Shown here in pieces: positions 26,236 through 36,069 of a DNA stretch of 64,000 bases. The position numbers and the translations under genes were made by a program. Location of the stretch: contig JAZUJJ010000105.1 of NCBI GenBank assembly GCA_045642725.1, positions 5,584 to 69,583 on the forward strand, in the 5' to 3' direction. A model generated the notes under the pieces. That model made no database searches. It saw only the letters and a list, made by a program, of their open reading frames with translations, and was not told the DNA's origin. The DNA is from Acutalibacteraceae bacterium. Lineage in GTDB: Bacteria; Bacillota; Clostridia; Oscillospirales; Acutalibacteraceae. How positions within the stretch are numbered: the stretch's first letter is position 1; the number at the start of each line of letters is the position of its first letter.

Positions 26236-27027
26236 TTGATGATATATGAAGTGAAAATACTTATCTCGTTTTTGATTTGTATATTGTTTTTTTCGCTTTA
26301 CGGTAGGAAGTTCGGCTTACCGTTAATACAATCTGCCGTTATTTCTTCTTTGGCCTGTGAAGTTTTGACTGTTGTCGGAGAGGTGTTCTATAATTTCAAT
26401 ATACATGATGAGTATTTATACCGTTTCAATAAATATACTTTGGCAATGATAATTTCAGGCTTACTTGTTGCTGTAACTCAGACATGTATATTAAAATTCA
26501 ATTTATTGCATTCTTTTGATTTCTTTGCACCGCTTCCGCTGTTGATTTATTCAATAGGACATACCGGATGTTATTTCGAGGGATGTTGCCACAGTTTCAA
26601 ATTCAGTGATAATTCGATAATAAATAAACTATTTCCTTTTTTTATAAAAGACGGAATCTTTTTTCAACAACTTCTGGAATGCATTTTTACTTTTATTTTG
26701 TTCTTGATAATAGTTTTACTTACCAGGAAAAAGAAGTATGATTTTGGTGGAAAAATGTTTCCTGTAATGATGATGTTATTCGGATTACATCTTTTTTTGT
26801 GGAACATAATCAGAGATGATGAAAAAATTATTAAAATATGTAAAATTGCCAATGCACAAAGTTCTGAATTCGGAGGGCCCGCTTATTTGGGAATTTCCGA
26901 TACGTCAATAAAGGCAATATTATTCATTATTTTAGGTGTTGTTTTATACATTACGATATTTATATATAATAGCAGCAGAGCCAAGCGGCAAAGAAATGGT
27001 TCCCATGAACAGGAGGGAAAAATTTGA
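26236..27027 (+). CDS. Lgt (prolipoprotein diacylglyceryl transferase)-like membrane protein with degenerate catalytic residues
   Basis: IGHTGCYFEGCC ~ GRxGCFxxGCC; FQQLLE ~ HPTQLYE; FGLHLFLWNIIRDD ~ YGxxRFxxEFFR. Confidence 0.7.
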   Translation: MMIYEVKILISFLICILFFSLYGRKFGLPLIQSAVISSLACEVLTVVGEVFYNFNIHDEYLYRFNKYTLAMIISGLLVAVTQTCILKFNLLHSFDFFAPLPLLIYSIGHTGCYFEGCCHSFKFSDNSIINKLFPFFIKDGIFFQQLLECIFTFILFLIIVLLTRKKKYDFGGKMFPVMMMLFGLHLFLWNIIRDDEKIIKICKIANAQSSEFGGPAYLGISDTSIKAILFIILGVVLYITIFIYNSSRAKRQRNGSHEQEGKI

Positions 27028-28940
27028 AAAATATATATTTTGTACAGGCAAATGTTTTATACGGCAATACTATTTATTTGCCGTATGCTGCAGGAGCAAT
27101 TGCATCTTATGCTTTTCAAAATGAAACGATAAAGGCAGAATATTCACTGAAAAGAATTATTTACTATCGTGAAAATGTTGATGAAGCTTTAGAATCTTTT
27201 GAAGAACCGTTTTTGATTGCATTTTCATGTTACATATGGAATTATGAATATAACAAAGCTCTTGCAAAAAAAGTGAAAGAGAAATGGCCTCACTGTAAAA
27301 TAGTTTTCGGAGGGCATAATGTTTCATCAAATTCACCGGAACTTTTAAATGAGCTTTCTTATGTTGATTTCCTTCTTCATGAAGAAGGAGAGGTGCCTTT
27401 TGAAAGATTACTTCTTACATTGATTGGAAAATACTCTTTTTCTGATGTTCCGAATTTATCATACAGAGATGAATCGGGTTCAATTAAAAAGAATGAGAAC
27501 CAAATATTTGATGTTGCAGATTTTCCGTCACCTTATCAGACAGGTATATTTGATGAAATAATAAACAGTACAGATTTGGTTTTGAACGGTATGTTTGAAA
27601 CAAACAGAGGCTGTCCGTTTGGCTGTGCATTTTGTGATTGGGGTATATATAAATCAAAAGTAAGACAGTTTCCTGAGGAACGAATAAAAAAAGATATAGA
27701 GTGGTTTGTTAAACATAAGATTGAATTTTGTACCTGTGCTGATGCAAATTTTGGTATTCTTGAAAGAGATAAAAAAATTGCCGATTGGATAATTGAGTCA
27801 AAAAAGAAATATGGTTACCCTTCAAAAATACAATTTTGCTATACCAAAGGCAGAAATGATGTGGTTTTTGACCTCAATAAAAGAATGAATGAAGTCGGGC
27901 TCAGTAAAGGAGCAACACTTTCTTTACAGACTTTTTCAAATACTGCATTAAAAAATATAGGCAGAAGTAATCTTTCTTATGAGCAGTTTTGTTCAGAAGT
28001 AAAAAGATATAACGAATCAGATATTCCCACATATACGGAAATAATTCTCGGCATGCCCGGTGAAACCTATGAAAGCTACTGTGAGGGACACAATAAGCTG
28101 TTAAAAGCCGGTCAGCACAATTCAGTTATTGTTTTTAATTGTGAGTTGTTGATGAATTCACGAATGGGTCAACCGGAAACAATAGAGGCATTTAAAATAA
28201 AGAGCTCAAAAACACCGTATAAACAGCATCATTGTGTTCCGCTTAATGATGATGTATGTGAATATTCTCATATTGTAACTTCAACATACAGCATGTCAAC
28301 TGAGGATTGGATTAAATCATGTTTATTTACGGTTTGTGTCGGATGCTTCCATAATCTCGGTTTGCTTCAGTGCTTTGCAATATATATGTATCAGGAACGC
28401 GGAATGGAATATTCTGATTTTTATAAATCACTTTTGTCATGGATATTTTCTGATCCGGATACATTGTGCGGAACGATATTTACAGATATACAGCATAGAT
28501 TGAAGCTTATAAGTGAAGAAAAGGGAGATTGGAAATATGTTAATCCCGTTTTCGGTGAAATAACATGGCCTTATGAAGAAGGCGCTTTCCTGAATATCAT
28601 TTTGGAAAAAGAAAGATTCTATAATGAAATAGTTTCATTTTTGGATTCTCTGAATATTCCCGATAAAATATATGCTGACTTAATTCAGTTTCAAAAGTTT
28701 ACTGTTAAGCATCCAATGCAAAAGAACATAAGATTTGAAACAAATTATAATTTAGCAGATTATTTTGTCAGTGCTTTAAACGGAGAAAAGATCGAATTAA
28801 CAGAAAAGCCAACCGTTTTGACGATGGAGGATAATAATATACCCGAGAAATGGGAAGATTATGCAAGAGAAATGGTTTGGTATGGTAAACGCGGCAGTAA
28901 AATAATAAATATCCGCTCGTTTAATATTTCTTATAAATAA
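27024..28940 (+). CDS. B12-binding radical SAM enzyme, paralogue 1
   Basis: N-terminal B12-binding domain (FSCYIWN, VFGGHN, EEGE) and ETNRGCPFGCAFCDWG; TTG start overlapping the previous stop. Confidence 0.92.
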   Translation: MKNIYFVQANVLYGNTIYLPYAAGAIASYAFQNETIKAEYSLKRIIYYRENVDEALESFEEPFLIAFSCYIWNYEYNKALAKKVKEKWPHCKIVFGGHNVSSNSPELLNELSYVDFLLHEEGEVPFERLLLTLIGKYSFSDVPNLSYRDESGSIKKNENQIFDVADFPSPYQTGIFDEIINSTDLVLNGMFETNRGCPFGCAFCDWGIYKSKVRQFPEERIKKDIEWFVKHKIEFCTCADANFGILERDKKIADWIIESKKKYGYPSKIQFCYTKGRNDVVFDLNKRMNEVGLSKGATLSLQTFSNTALKNIGRSNLSYEQFCSEVKRYNESDIPTYTEIILGMPGETYESYCEGHNKLLKAGQHNSVIVFNCELLMNSRMGQPETIEAFKIKSSKTPYKQHHCVPLNDDVCEYSHIVTSTYSMSTEDWIKSCLFTVCVGCFHNLGLLQCFAIYMYQERGMEYSDFYKSLLSWIFSDPDTLCGTIFTDIQHRLKLISEEKGDWKYVNPVFGEITWPYEEGAFLNIILEKERFYNEIVSFLDSLNIPDKIYADLIQFQKFTVKHPMQKNIRFETNYNLADYFVSALNGEKIELTEKPTVLTMEDNNIPEKWEDYAREMVWYGKRGSKIINIRSFNISYK

Positions 28941-28954
28941 AGATGGTGTGAAAT

Positions 28955-30871
28955 ATGTCCTGTGAAAAAAAGAAAGTATATCTTGTTCAGGTATCTGCTG
29001 CTTTCGGTGGAACAAGCTTTATCCCTTATACGGTAGGGTGCATTGCAGCCTATGCATGGTCAAAGGAAAATATAAAGCAGGATTATTTTCTTCCTGAATT
29101 TATTTATAAAAGAGATGATCTTGAAGAAGTTGTTAATTCTATTTCAGATCCTTTTATTGTGGGATTTTCGACTTATGTTTGGAATTTTGAATACAACTTA
29201 AAGCTTGCCGAAAGAATTAAAAGTGAGTATAAGAATTGTTATATTGTTTTTGGCGGCCATGATATTCCTCTTGACGGTTCAATGCTTAATGAATATCGGT
29301 TTATTGATTTCCTTATGCATGACGAAGGCGAAATTGCATTTGCTGAGCTTTTAACGACTTTAAGTCAGGGCGGAAAAATTGAAAATGTCAGAAACATTTC
29401 ATTCAGGAATTCTGATGGCGTAGTAACCAATCCTATTATCAGTTCAGAAACAATAGATTTTCCTTCTCCTTATTCAAGCGGAATGTTTGACAATCTTGTT
29501 GGGGAAAACGGAAAAGATTTTGTTGCAACATTTGAAACAAATCGCGGATGTCCTTTTAAGTGTGCTTACTGTGATTGGGATACAATAAAGGATGGATTAC
29601 GCCAATTCCCAATGGAAAAAATAAAATCTGAAATTGATTGGATAGCTGAGCATAAAATAGAGTTTACATGGTTGATCGATGGTAATTTCGGAATTCTGCC
29701 AAGAGACGAGGAAATCATTGATTATTTGATAAAGGTAAAAAGTGAAACGGGCTATCCCAAAAGAACGAATCTTTTCTTTACCAAGAATGATCCGGAGCTT
29801 GTTTTCAGACTTAATAATAAGCTTGATAAGGCCGGCTTGAGCAAAGGCGCATGTATTTCTTTTCAGAGTATGTCACCTTCAGTTCTTAAAAACATTGGGC
29901 GTCAGAATATTTCCAATGAAAAGTTCCGTGAGCTTATGACGATGTATAATAAGAATAATATTCCGACTTTTTCTGAAATAATCGTTGGGCTGCCGGGAGA
30001 AACCTATGAGAGCTTTTGCGATGGTATAGGTCAGCTTCTTGAAGCCGGGCAGCATTATTCGTTTTATGTTTATCCATGTGAATTACTGAAAAATTCAATT
30101 ATGGCTCAGCCGGAATACCTTAATCAGTTCGGTATAAAATATGTTATAACTGCTCTGAACCAACATCACCGTGAAGTGCCTAAGGATGGTATAGAAGAGT
30201 ATTCACGGATTGTTGTCGGAACAAATTCAATGACACCGAATATGTGGGTCAAATCGTGCTTGTTCGGAATCTGCGTAAGAACTTTTCATAGTCTTGGATT
30301 ACTTCAATATTTTGCTTTGTATCTTCGCCATGAAAAAGATATTGCTTATGTAAGCTTTTATAATGATCTTCTTGAATGGATGCTGAATAACAGAGAAAGT
30401 GTTTGCGGTAAAGTTTTTAATGATTTGAAAGACAGGTACGAGAAAATTATCAGTGGTTCAGGTTCTTTTTTATATGCGTTTCCGAAATACGGTGATGTGG
30501 TTTGGCCATTTGAAGAAGGAGCTTTTCTGGAAATAATTTCTGATTTCGATTTGTTTTTTGATGAAATAAAAAGCTTTTTATCAAAATATGATATTGATGA
30601 CGGCATCAGGTGTGAATTACTTGAATATCAGAAAAGTATGATAAAAATTCCGGCCAAGAAATCTTTTTCACTTAAATTGAATTATGATTTTCCGACATTT
30701 GTCAGAAAGATTCTGACAAATGAAGCTGATTCATTGCAGCAAAAAAATACAGTTGTTTCTTTTACCGGTTCCGACATACCGAAAGATTGGGAGACTTTTG
30801 CAAGAGAAGTTGTATGGTATGGACGAAAGGGCGGAAAAACTTTACTTGAAACCGAGGTAAGCATTTCTTGA
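28955..30871 (+). CDS. B12-binding radical SAM enzyme, paralogue 2
   Basis: FSTYVWN, VFGGHD, DEGE; ETNRGCPFKCAYCDWD. Confidence 0.92.
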   Translation: MSCEKKKVYLVQVSAAFGGTSFIPYTVGCIAAYAWSKENIKQDYFLPEFIYKRDDLEEVVNSISDPFIVGFSTYVWNFEYNLKLAERIKSEYKNCYIVFGGHDIPLDGSMLNEYRFIDFLMHDEGEIAFAELLTTLSQGGKIENVRNISFRNSDGVVTNPIISSETIDFPSPYSSGMFDNLVGENGKDFVATFETNRGCPFKCAYCDWDTIKDGLRQFPMEKIKSEIDWIAEHKIEFTWLIDGNFGILPRDEEIIDYLIKVKSETGYPKRTNLFFTKNDPELVFRLNNKLDKAGLSKGACISFQSMSPSVLKNIGRQNISNEKFRELMTMYNKNNIPTFSEIIVGLPGETYESFCDGIGQLLEAGQHYSFYVYPCELLKNSIMAQPEYLNQFGIKYVITALNQHHREVPKDGIEEYSRIVVGTNSMTPNMWVKSCLFGICVRTFHSLGLLQYFALYLRHEKDIAYVSFYNDLLEWMLNNRESVCGKVFNDLKDRYEKIISGSGSFLYAFPKYGDVVWPFEEGAFLEIISDFDLFFDEIKSFLSKYDIDDGIRCELLEYQKSMIKIPAKKSFSLKLNYDFPTFVRKILTNEADSLQQKNTVVSFTGSDIPKDWETFAREVVWYGRKGGKTLLETEVSIS

Positions 30872-31632
30872 AAAAGTCATTTTATGACATCAGTAATTTG
30901 TATTCAGAATTCAAATCAGTATCTGTTGTTATTTGCATTACTGATGAAACCGATAGCTTAAGAACAAATCTTGATAAACTTATTTTGTCATGTAATGCGG
31001 AGGATTTGGTTCAGATTTTACTTTGTACTCATGAAAGGACTGCTGTTCAGACAATAAAAATTGCAGAGGAATACAAGCAGAGATATCCTTTTGTTGAAAT
31101 ATATTCACAGCAAATCAAATCATCAGGTTATATTTTACTTAAAGAGACATTGCCTCTTGTTAAAGGAACTCATGTAATATATGCTGCGGCAGATAATGCT
31201 ACAGATTTATCTGTGGTTGGTGAGTTTGTTTCAAAGCAAAAAGAAAATTCAAATTGTGTTCCCTGCGTTTCGAGATGGATAAACGGAGGAAAATTAGTTG
31301 GATACGGGTTCATTCGCAAATTACTGAGCCATCTTTTTCAGCGTTTTATCTCTGTGCTGTATAACAATAAGTACACAGAATTTTCTTTTCCTTATCAGAT
31401 TGCTTCGGTCAGATTATATGACGCTTTGATTTTAAATGAAAACGGTGTGTTTTCATTTTTTGAAGCCAAAATGAAAATGCTGAAACTGAATGTTGCCTTT
31501 TCAGAACTGCCAATGACATGGCGTGACAGAACAGACGGAAGAAAACATTTCAGACCATTGAGGGTCTTGGCTTATTTCAGAATTGCTTTTAAAGTTCGGT
31601 TTATGAAAATGAAAGAGTGTATTAATATTTAA
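30868..31632 (+). CDS. GT2 glycosyltransferase, polyprenol-phosphate (DPM-synthase-like) type
   Basis: GTHVIYAAADNATD, SRWINGG, ELPMTWRDRTDG; the DxD motif is degenerate. Confidence 0.75.
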   Translation: MKKSFYDISNLYSEFKSVSVVICITDETDSLRTNLDKLILSCNAEDLVQILLCTHERTAVQTIKIAEEYKQRYPFVEIYSQQIKSSGYILLKETLPLVKGTHVIYAAADNATDLSVVGEFVSKQKENSNCVPCVSRWINGGKLVGYGFIRKLLSHLFQRFISVLYNNKYTEFSFPYQIASVRLYDALILNENGVFSFFEAKMKMLKLNVAFSELPMTWRDRTDGRKHFRPLRVLAYFRIAFKVRFMKMKECINI

Positions 31633-31649
31633 CAAAGAAGGGAATTGAA

Positions 31650-33569
31650 ATGAAAAAGGTTTATTTTGTTCAACCGGGCAATTGCATCGGGAATAATGTG
31701 TATTTACCATATTCTGTTGGTTCAATAGCTGCGTATGCTTGGAGTAACGAGTCAATAAAAGAAACTTATGAACTGGCTGATTTGCTTTTTCTTTTTGAAG
31801 ATATCGACAAGCAGATTCAGTCAATGGATTCTCCTTTTCTGGTCGGCTTTTCCTGCTATATCTGGAATTATGAATATATTTTAAGGTTTGCAGAAAAATT
31901 AAAGAAAGCATATCCGGAATGTTATATTCTTTTTGGCGGACACAATGTTAATTCTTATAATGCAAAACAGTTAGAAGAATTTCCGTTTGTTGATTTTTTA
32001 ATTCATGATGAAGGTGAAATACCGTTCCGCGATTTGCTTCTTGCATTAAAAAACGGTACTGATTTTTCAAAAATAACTAATTTTTCATACAGAGATCAAA
32101 ACGGAAACATATGCAAAAACGAATCCGTAATATATGATGTCGATGATCTTCCTTCCCCTTACAGTATGGGGATCTTTGATAAAATAATGAAAAATTATGA
32201 TTATAATTTTTCTGTTATACTTGAAACTAACAGAGGCTGTCCTTATGGCTGCTCATACTGTGACTGGGGAATATACAAGTCAAAGATCCGCTGCTTCCCG
32301 TTGGAAAGGGTGTATTCCGATCTTCAATGGTTTTCCGATAACAAGATAGACTATTGCCTGTGCTCCGATGCGAATTTCGGTATCATAAAAAGAGATATGG
32401 AAATCGCAGAAAAGCTTATTGAAATCAGGAACAAATCGGGATTTCCCAATAAAGTTAATTTCTGCACTGCCAAGAGCGGAGAAAACTTCGTGTATGAAAT
32501 CAGCAAAAAGCTTAATGATGCAGGTGTTTTGAAAAGCGCTTCTTTATCAATACAGACACTTAATCCTGATGCATTAAAAAATATCGGACGCACAAATTTC
32601 ACAAAAGAGAAATTTCAGGAAATGGATCAGATGTACAGGAAAGTCGGAGTTTCAACTCTTGCAGAGCTTATACTCGGACTGCCCGGCGAAACGTTGAAAA
32701 GCTTTTGCGAAAATATCTGTTTGTTTTTTGAGGTTGGACATCATATACCCATCAGCGTATATAATTGCCAGCTTTTGATGAATTCAAAAATGTCTCAACC
32801 CGATTATATAAAACGGCACGGAATCAAATCGGTAAAAATGCCGCTCTCATTTCATACCAACAAAGAGGAACAGGACAAATATCCGGAATACATTGATATT
32901 GTTATTGAAACAAATACGCTTAGTAAAGAGGATTGGGTTTCGGCAAATTTGTTTTATTTTCTCACCTATGCTTTTCACGGAATGGGATTGATGCAATTTT
33001 TTGCCCAATATATACATTATGAGCTTAATGTATCATACTATGATTTTTATTCAAAGCTGTATGAATATGTTTTTGAAAATAAGAATACGGTTGCCTTTTC
33101 AGTCTTTAATAAAATACGAAATATTCATTTAGAACTGCTTCAGGGAAAAGGATCATATGGATGCGAATTGGATTGGGCCGGCGATGTAATATGGCCGTTT
33201 ACGGAATTTGCATATTTAAGTATTGCTCATGATAAAGATTTGTTTTACGAGGAAATGAAACCGTTTTTAAAACAATTCAACATTAAAGATGATATATTTG
33301 AGGAACTGTTTCTTTATCAGAAGAGTATGGTTAAATATCCGGGCCTGAAGGGATTTGAAATAAATCTGAAAAAAGATTGGCATACATATTTTTGCCACAT
33401 TTTTGATAATGTTTATATTCCTTTACCGGAATTGGAAAATGTTTTGACTGTTTCGTGTCCTAATACTCCTGATGATTGGAAAACATTTTCAAGAGATATG
33501 GTTTGGTATGGCAGACGCGAAAGAAGAATGCTTTGTGTAAATCAAGCAGTTGTTAAATATATTTATTAA
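31650..33569 (+). CDS. B12-binding radical SAM enzyme, paralogue 3
   Basis: FSCYIWN, LFGGHN, DEGE; ETNRGCPYGCSYCDWG. Confidence 0.92.
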   Translation: MKKVYFVQPGNCIGNNVYLPYSVGSIAAYAWSNESIKETYELADLLFLFEDIDKQIQSMDSPFLVGFSCYIWNYEYILRFAEKLKKAYPECYILFGGHNVNSYNAKQLEEFPFVDFLIHDEGEIPFRDLLLALKNGTDFSKITNFSYRDQNGNICKNESVIYDVDDLPSPYSMGIFDKIMKNYDYNFSVILETNRGCPYGCSYCDWGIYKSKIRCFPLERVYSDLQWFSDNKIDYCLCSDANFGIIKRDMEIAEKLIEIRNKSGFPNKVNFCTAKSGENFVYEISKKLNDAGVLKSASLSIQTLNPDALKNIGRTNFTKEKFQEMDQMYRKVGVSTLAELILGLPGETLKSFCENICLFFEVGHHIPISVYNCQLLMNSKMSQPDYIKRHGIKSVKMPLSFHTNKEEQDKYPEYIDIVIETNTLSKEDWVSANLFYFLTYAFHGMGLMQFFAQYIHYELNVSYYDFYSKLYEYVFENKNTVAFSVFNKIRNIHLELLQGKGSYGCELDWAGDVIWPFTEFAYLSIAHDKDLFYEEMKPFLKQFNIKDDIFEELFLYQKSMVKYPGLKGFEINLKKDWHTYFCHIFDNVYIPLPELENVLTVSCPNTPDDWKTFSRDMVWYGRRERRMLCVNQAVVKYIY

Positions 33570-33585
33570 GCTATAAGGAGATGAG

Positions 33586-36069
33586 ATGCGCTTGAAGTTT
33601 TGGGATTATATTATACTTACCGCTGCAAATAATAACCAAGCTGAAGCTTTCAGGCAGCATCTTATTTCTAAACAGAGAGATGGTCAGATAGACGATGCAA
33701 CATGTTGCATCGTCATTTCTGATGGTGACAGAAGTATTGGTTCGGGATGCGCTTTCCTTAAGGCTTTAGAAGAAATATATTGCATTGAAGGCACTCATGT
33801 ATTCCCAAAGGATAAAAAAATACTTTTAATAAATTCGGGGGGGGAAAGCAGAAGAATACCTCAGTATTCTGTTTGCGGTAAGGCCTTCGCTCCGTGGCCA
33901 TTTGATAATTGTGATTTTTTTGATAAAATTTTAGAATCATTCAATCATTTGACATCTTTTTTTGATGGTGGAATGATTATATCCACAAGCGATATCCTTT
34001 TGGATACAAATATTGATTTCCATTTTTTGTATAATAACACGGCTTTTGCTGTTAAAACCGTTGCTGAAAATGGTGTTAACCACGGAGTGTTTAAATGTGA
34101 AGGCTCAAAGGTGATTGATTTTTTACATAAAAAGCCGATAGATGTTCTGAAAAATCAAGGTGCTGTTAATTCGGCGGGAGAAGTATTATTAGATACAGGA
34201 GCTGTTTATTTTACACCGACTTGTTTGGAACGAATATACAACACATTATGCTGCCATAAAAAAATAAATACGGAATTTGCAGATGTTAAATTAAATTTTT
34301 ACAGTGATTTTTTGTATCCGTTGGCAACTAAAGGAAATTTGAATGATTATTTAAGTCAGTCCGGGGAGACAGAAGTAAATGATCGCTTGATTCAAGCAAG
34401 GGGAAAAATATACGATTGTCTCTTTAATCAGGAAGAATTGTTCGTTAACATCTTGCCTGATCAGAGATTTATTCATATCGGAACTACAAAAGAAGTACTT
34501 GAATTGTTCACAGATTTGAATGGTTATAAATCCTATAACAGCATTATCGATTCTAAAGCTGAAATAGGTAAAGGAACATACATTGAAAATTGTATTATAA
34601 GGAACGGCTGTTCAATCGGTAACAACTGTTTTATTTCCTCCGCAGAACTTGCTGATGTCAATATTCCCGATAATACCGTTGTCCATTGCATCAGATTGAA
34701 CAACCGGAAATATACGGCAAGAGTTTTTTCTGTTGACGGATTTGATAAAACTCGTGATTTTTGGAGTAAAAAGCAGTACGGGGTTTACGATTCACGTTTG
34801 GAGGCTGTCAAGGCATCTTTGAAAGGAATAAATGGTTGTGTCAGTTTAGAATCAGGCTTTTCGGATGCGGATTTTACAGAACCGTTTGAATGGAAAAGTT
34901 GGATTGCATTTTTATCCGATTTTAATTCATATGAAAAAATCAGTAATCAGATAGTAAAAAATACTATAAAAAAAATAGATTATTCAGAGCGTGTTGCCCT
35001 GAATAAAAGCACTTCAGTATGCAGATTACCGGTCAGAATAAATTTTGGAGGAACTTGGTCGGATGCAGCTCCTTATTGTATTGATTTTGGAGGAGCTGTT
35101 TTGAATGCGACTGTGTCTATTGATGGTAATCTGCCTATAAGCGCAGCAGTAAAAAGAATAAATAAAGATCGTATTATTTTACGCTGCGAAGATATGAATT
35201 CAGAGCATTCGTTTTTTGATGTTCAAAGCTTGACGGATTTTAGTAATGTGAATGATGTTTTTGCTTTGCATAAGGCAGCTTTGGTTGTAAGTGGTATAAT
35301 TCCTTTATCAGCAAAATGCAACATGAATGAGATACTGAAAAAACTCGGAGGAGGATTTGTGCTGTCAACTTGTGCTGAAAATCTTCCAAAGGGATCTGGA
35401 TTGGGAACGAGCAGTCTTTTATTAAGTGCCGCTATAAAAGCATTGTATGATATTACCGGAAGGGAGTTAAGCGAAAAAGCACTCTTTGAAAAAGTTTTTT
35501 GTGCTGAGCAATTAATGAAAACCGGTGGCGGTTGGCAAGACCAGGTTGGTGGCTTTATTAATGGATTTAAATTGATTACCACAGATAAAGGAATAGATCA
35601 AAATATAAAATACGAATTATTTAAACCCAGCGAACAGATCCTGAATTTATTAAAGCATAAAGCGGTTTTAATTTACACCGGAGAACGTTTTTATGGCAGA
35701 TTTATTCTCAGCGATATTATGAAAAGATGTTCTTACGGTGATGGAGAAACTTTAGAAACAATATGTGAATTAAAAAAGCTTGCATTATTTGAAAGGGAAG
35801 TATTTGAAAACGGTAATGCTGAAATGTTTATCAACTGTATAAACAGGCATTCGGAATTATTGAAAAAGCTTTCCGGCAAAATTGAAAATGAATCGTATCA
35901 AAAAATTACAAACAAATTTTCCGAATTGATTGAATGTTGTTGCATTTGCGGTGCCGGAGGAGGAGGATTTGCATTTTCAATATTAAAAAAAGATGTTGAA
36001 CGTGAATGGTTTATTGAAATGGCCCATAAAAATAATATTAAGATATACAAACCGGAATTTATTCTGTAA
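33586..36069 (+). CDS. fkp: Bifunctional L-fucokinase / fucose-1-phosphate guanylyltransferase-like protein
   Basis: LLINSGGESRRIPQYSVCGKAF, NHGVF, LDTG, FIHIGTT (pyrophosphorylase); LPVRINFGGTWSD, PKGSGLGTSS, TGGGWQDQ, CGAGGGGF (GHMP kinase). Confidence 0.85.
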   Translation: MRLKFWDYIILTAANNNQAEAFRQHLISKQRDGQIDDATCCIVISDGDRSIGSGCAFLKALEEIYCIEGTHVFPKDKKILLINSGGESRRIPQYSVCGKAFAPWPFDNCDFFDKILESFNHLTSFFDGGMIISTSDILLDTNIDFHFLYNNTAFAVKTVAENGVNHGVFKCEGSKVIDFLHKKPIDVLKNQGAVNSAGEVLLDTGAVYFTPTCLERIYNTLCCHKKINTEFADVKLNFYSDFLYPLATKGNLNDYLSQSGETEVNDRLIQARGKIYDCLFNQEELFVNILPDQRFIHIGTTKEVLELFTDLNGYKSYNSIIDSKAEIGKGTYIENCIIRNGCSIGNNCFISSAELADVNIPDNTVVHCIRLNNRKYTARVFSVDGFDKTRDFWSKKQYGVYDSRLEAVKASLKGINGCVSLESGFSDADFTEPFEWKSWIAFLSDFNSYEKISNQIVKNTIKKIDYSERVALNKSTSVCRLPVRINFGGTWSDAAPYCIDFGGAVLNATVSIDGNLPISAAVKRINKDRIILRCEDMNSEHSFFDVQSLTDFSNVNDVFALHKAALVVSGIIPLSAKCNMNEILKKLGGGFVLSTCAENLPKGSGLGTSSLLLSAAIKALYDITGRELSEKALFEKVFCAEQLMKTGGGWQDQVGGFINGFKLITTDKGIDQNIKYELFKPSEQILNLLKHKAVLIYTGERFYGRFILSDIMKRCSYGDGETLETICELKKLALFEREVFENGNAEMFINCINRHSELLKKLSGKIENESYQKITNKFSELIECCCICGAGGGGFAFSILKKDVEREWFIEMAHKNNIKIYKPEFIL

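Larger units (their letters stand above)
25743..36069 (+). other. AT-rich biosynthetic operon (3 B12 radical SAM enzymes, GT2, Fkp-like, Lgt-like, small membrane protein)
   Basis: Seven co-oriented genes with overlaps or gaps under 20 bp; hand-counted GC 23/60 (line 27061) and 16/60 (line 28621) vs 28/60 in pnp (line 10501), a small sample. Confidence 0.8.

Noticed and set aside
27024-33569. Carbapenem (thienamycin-like) cluster, from the TokK-like look of the rSAMs
   Set aside because: No carboxymethylproline synthase or beta-lactam synthetase in the window; neighbours are sugar and lipid enzymes
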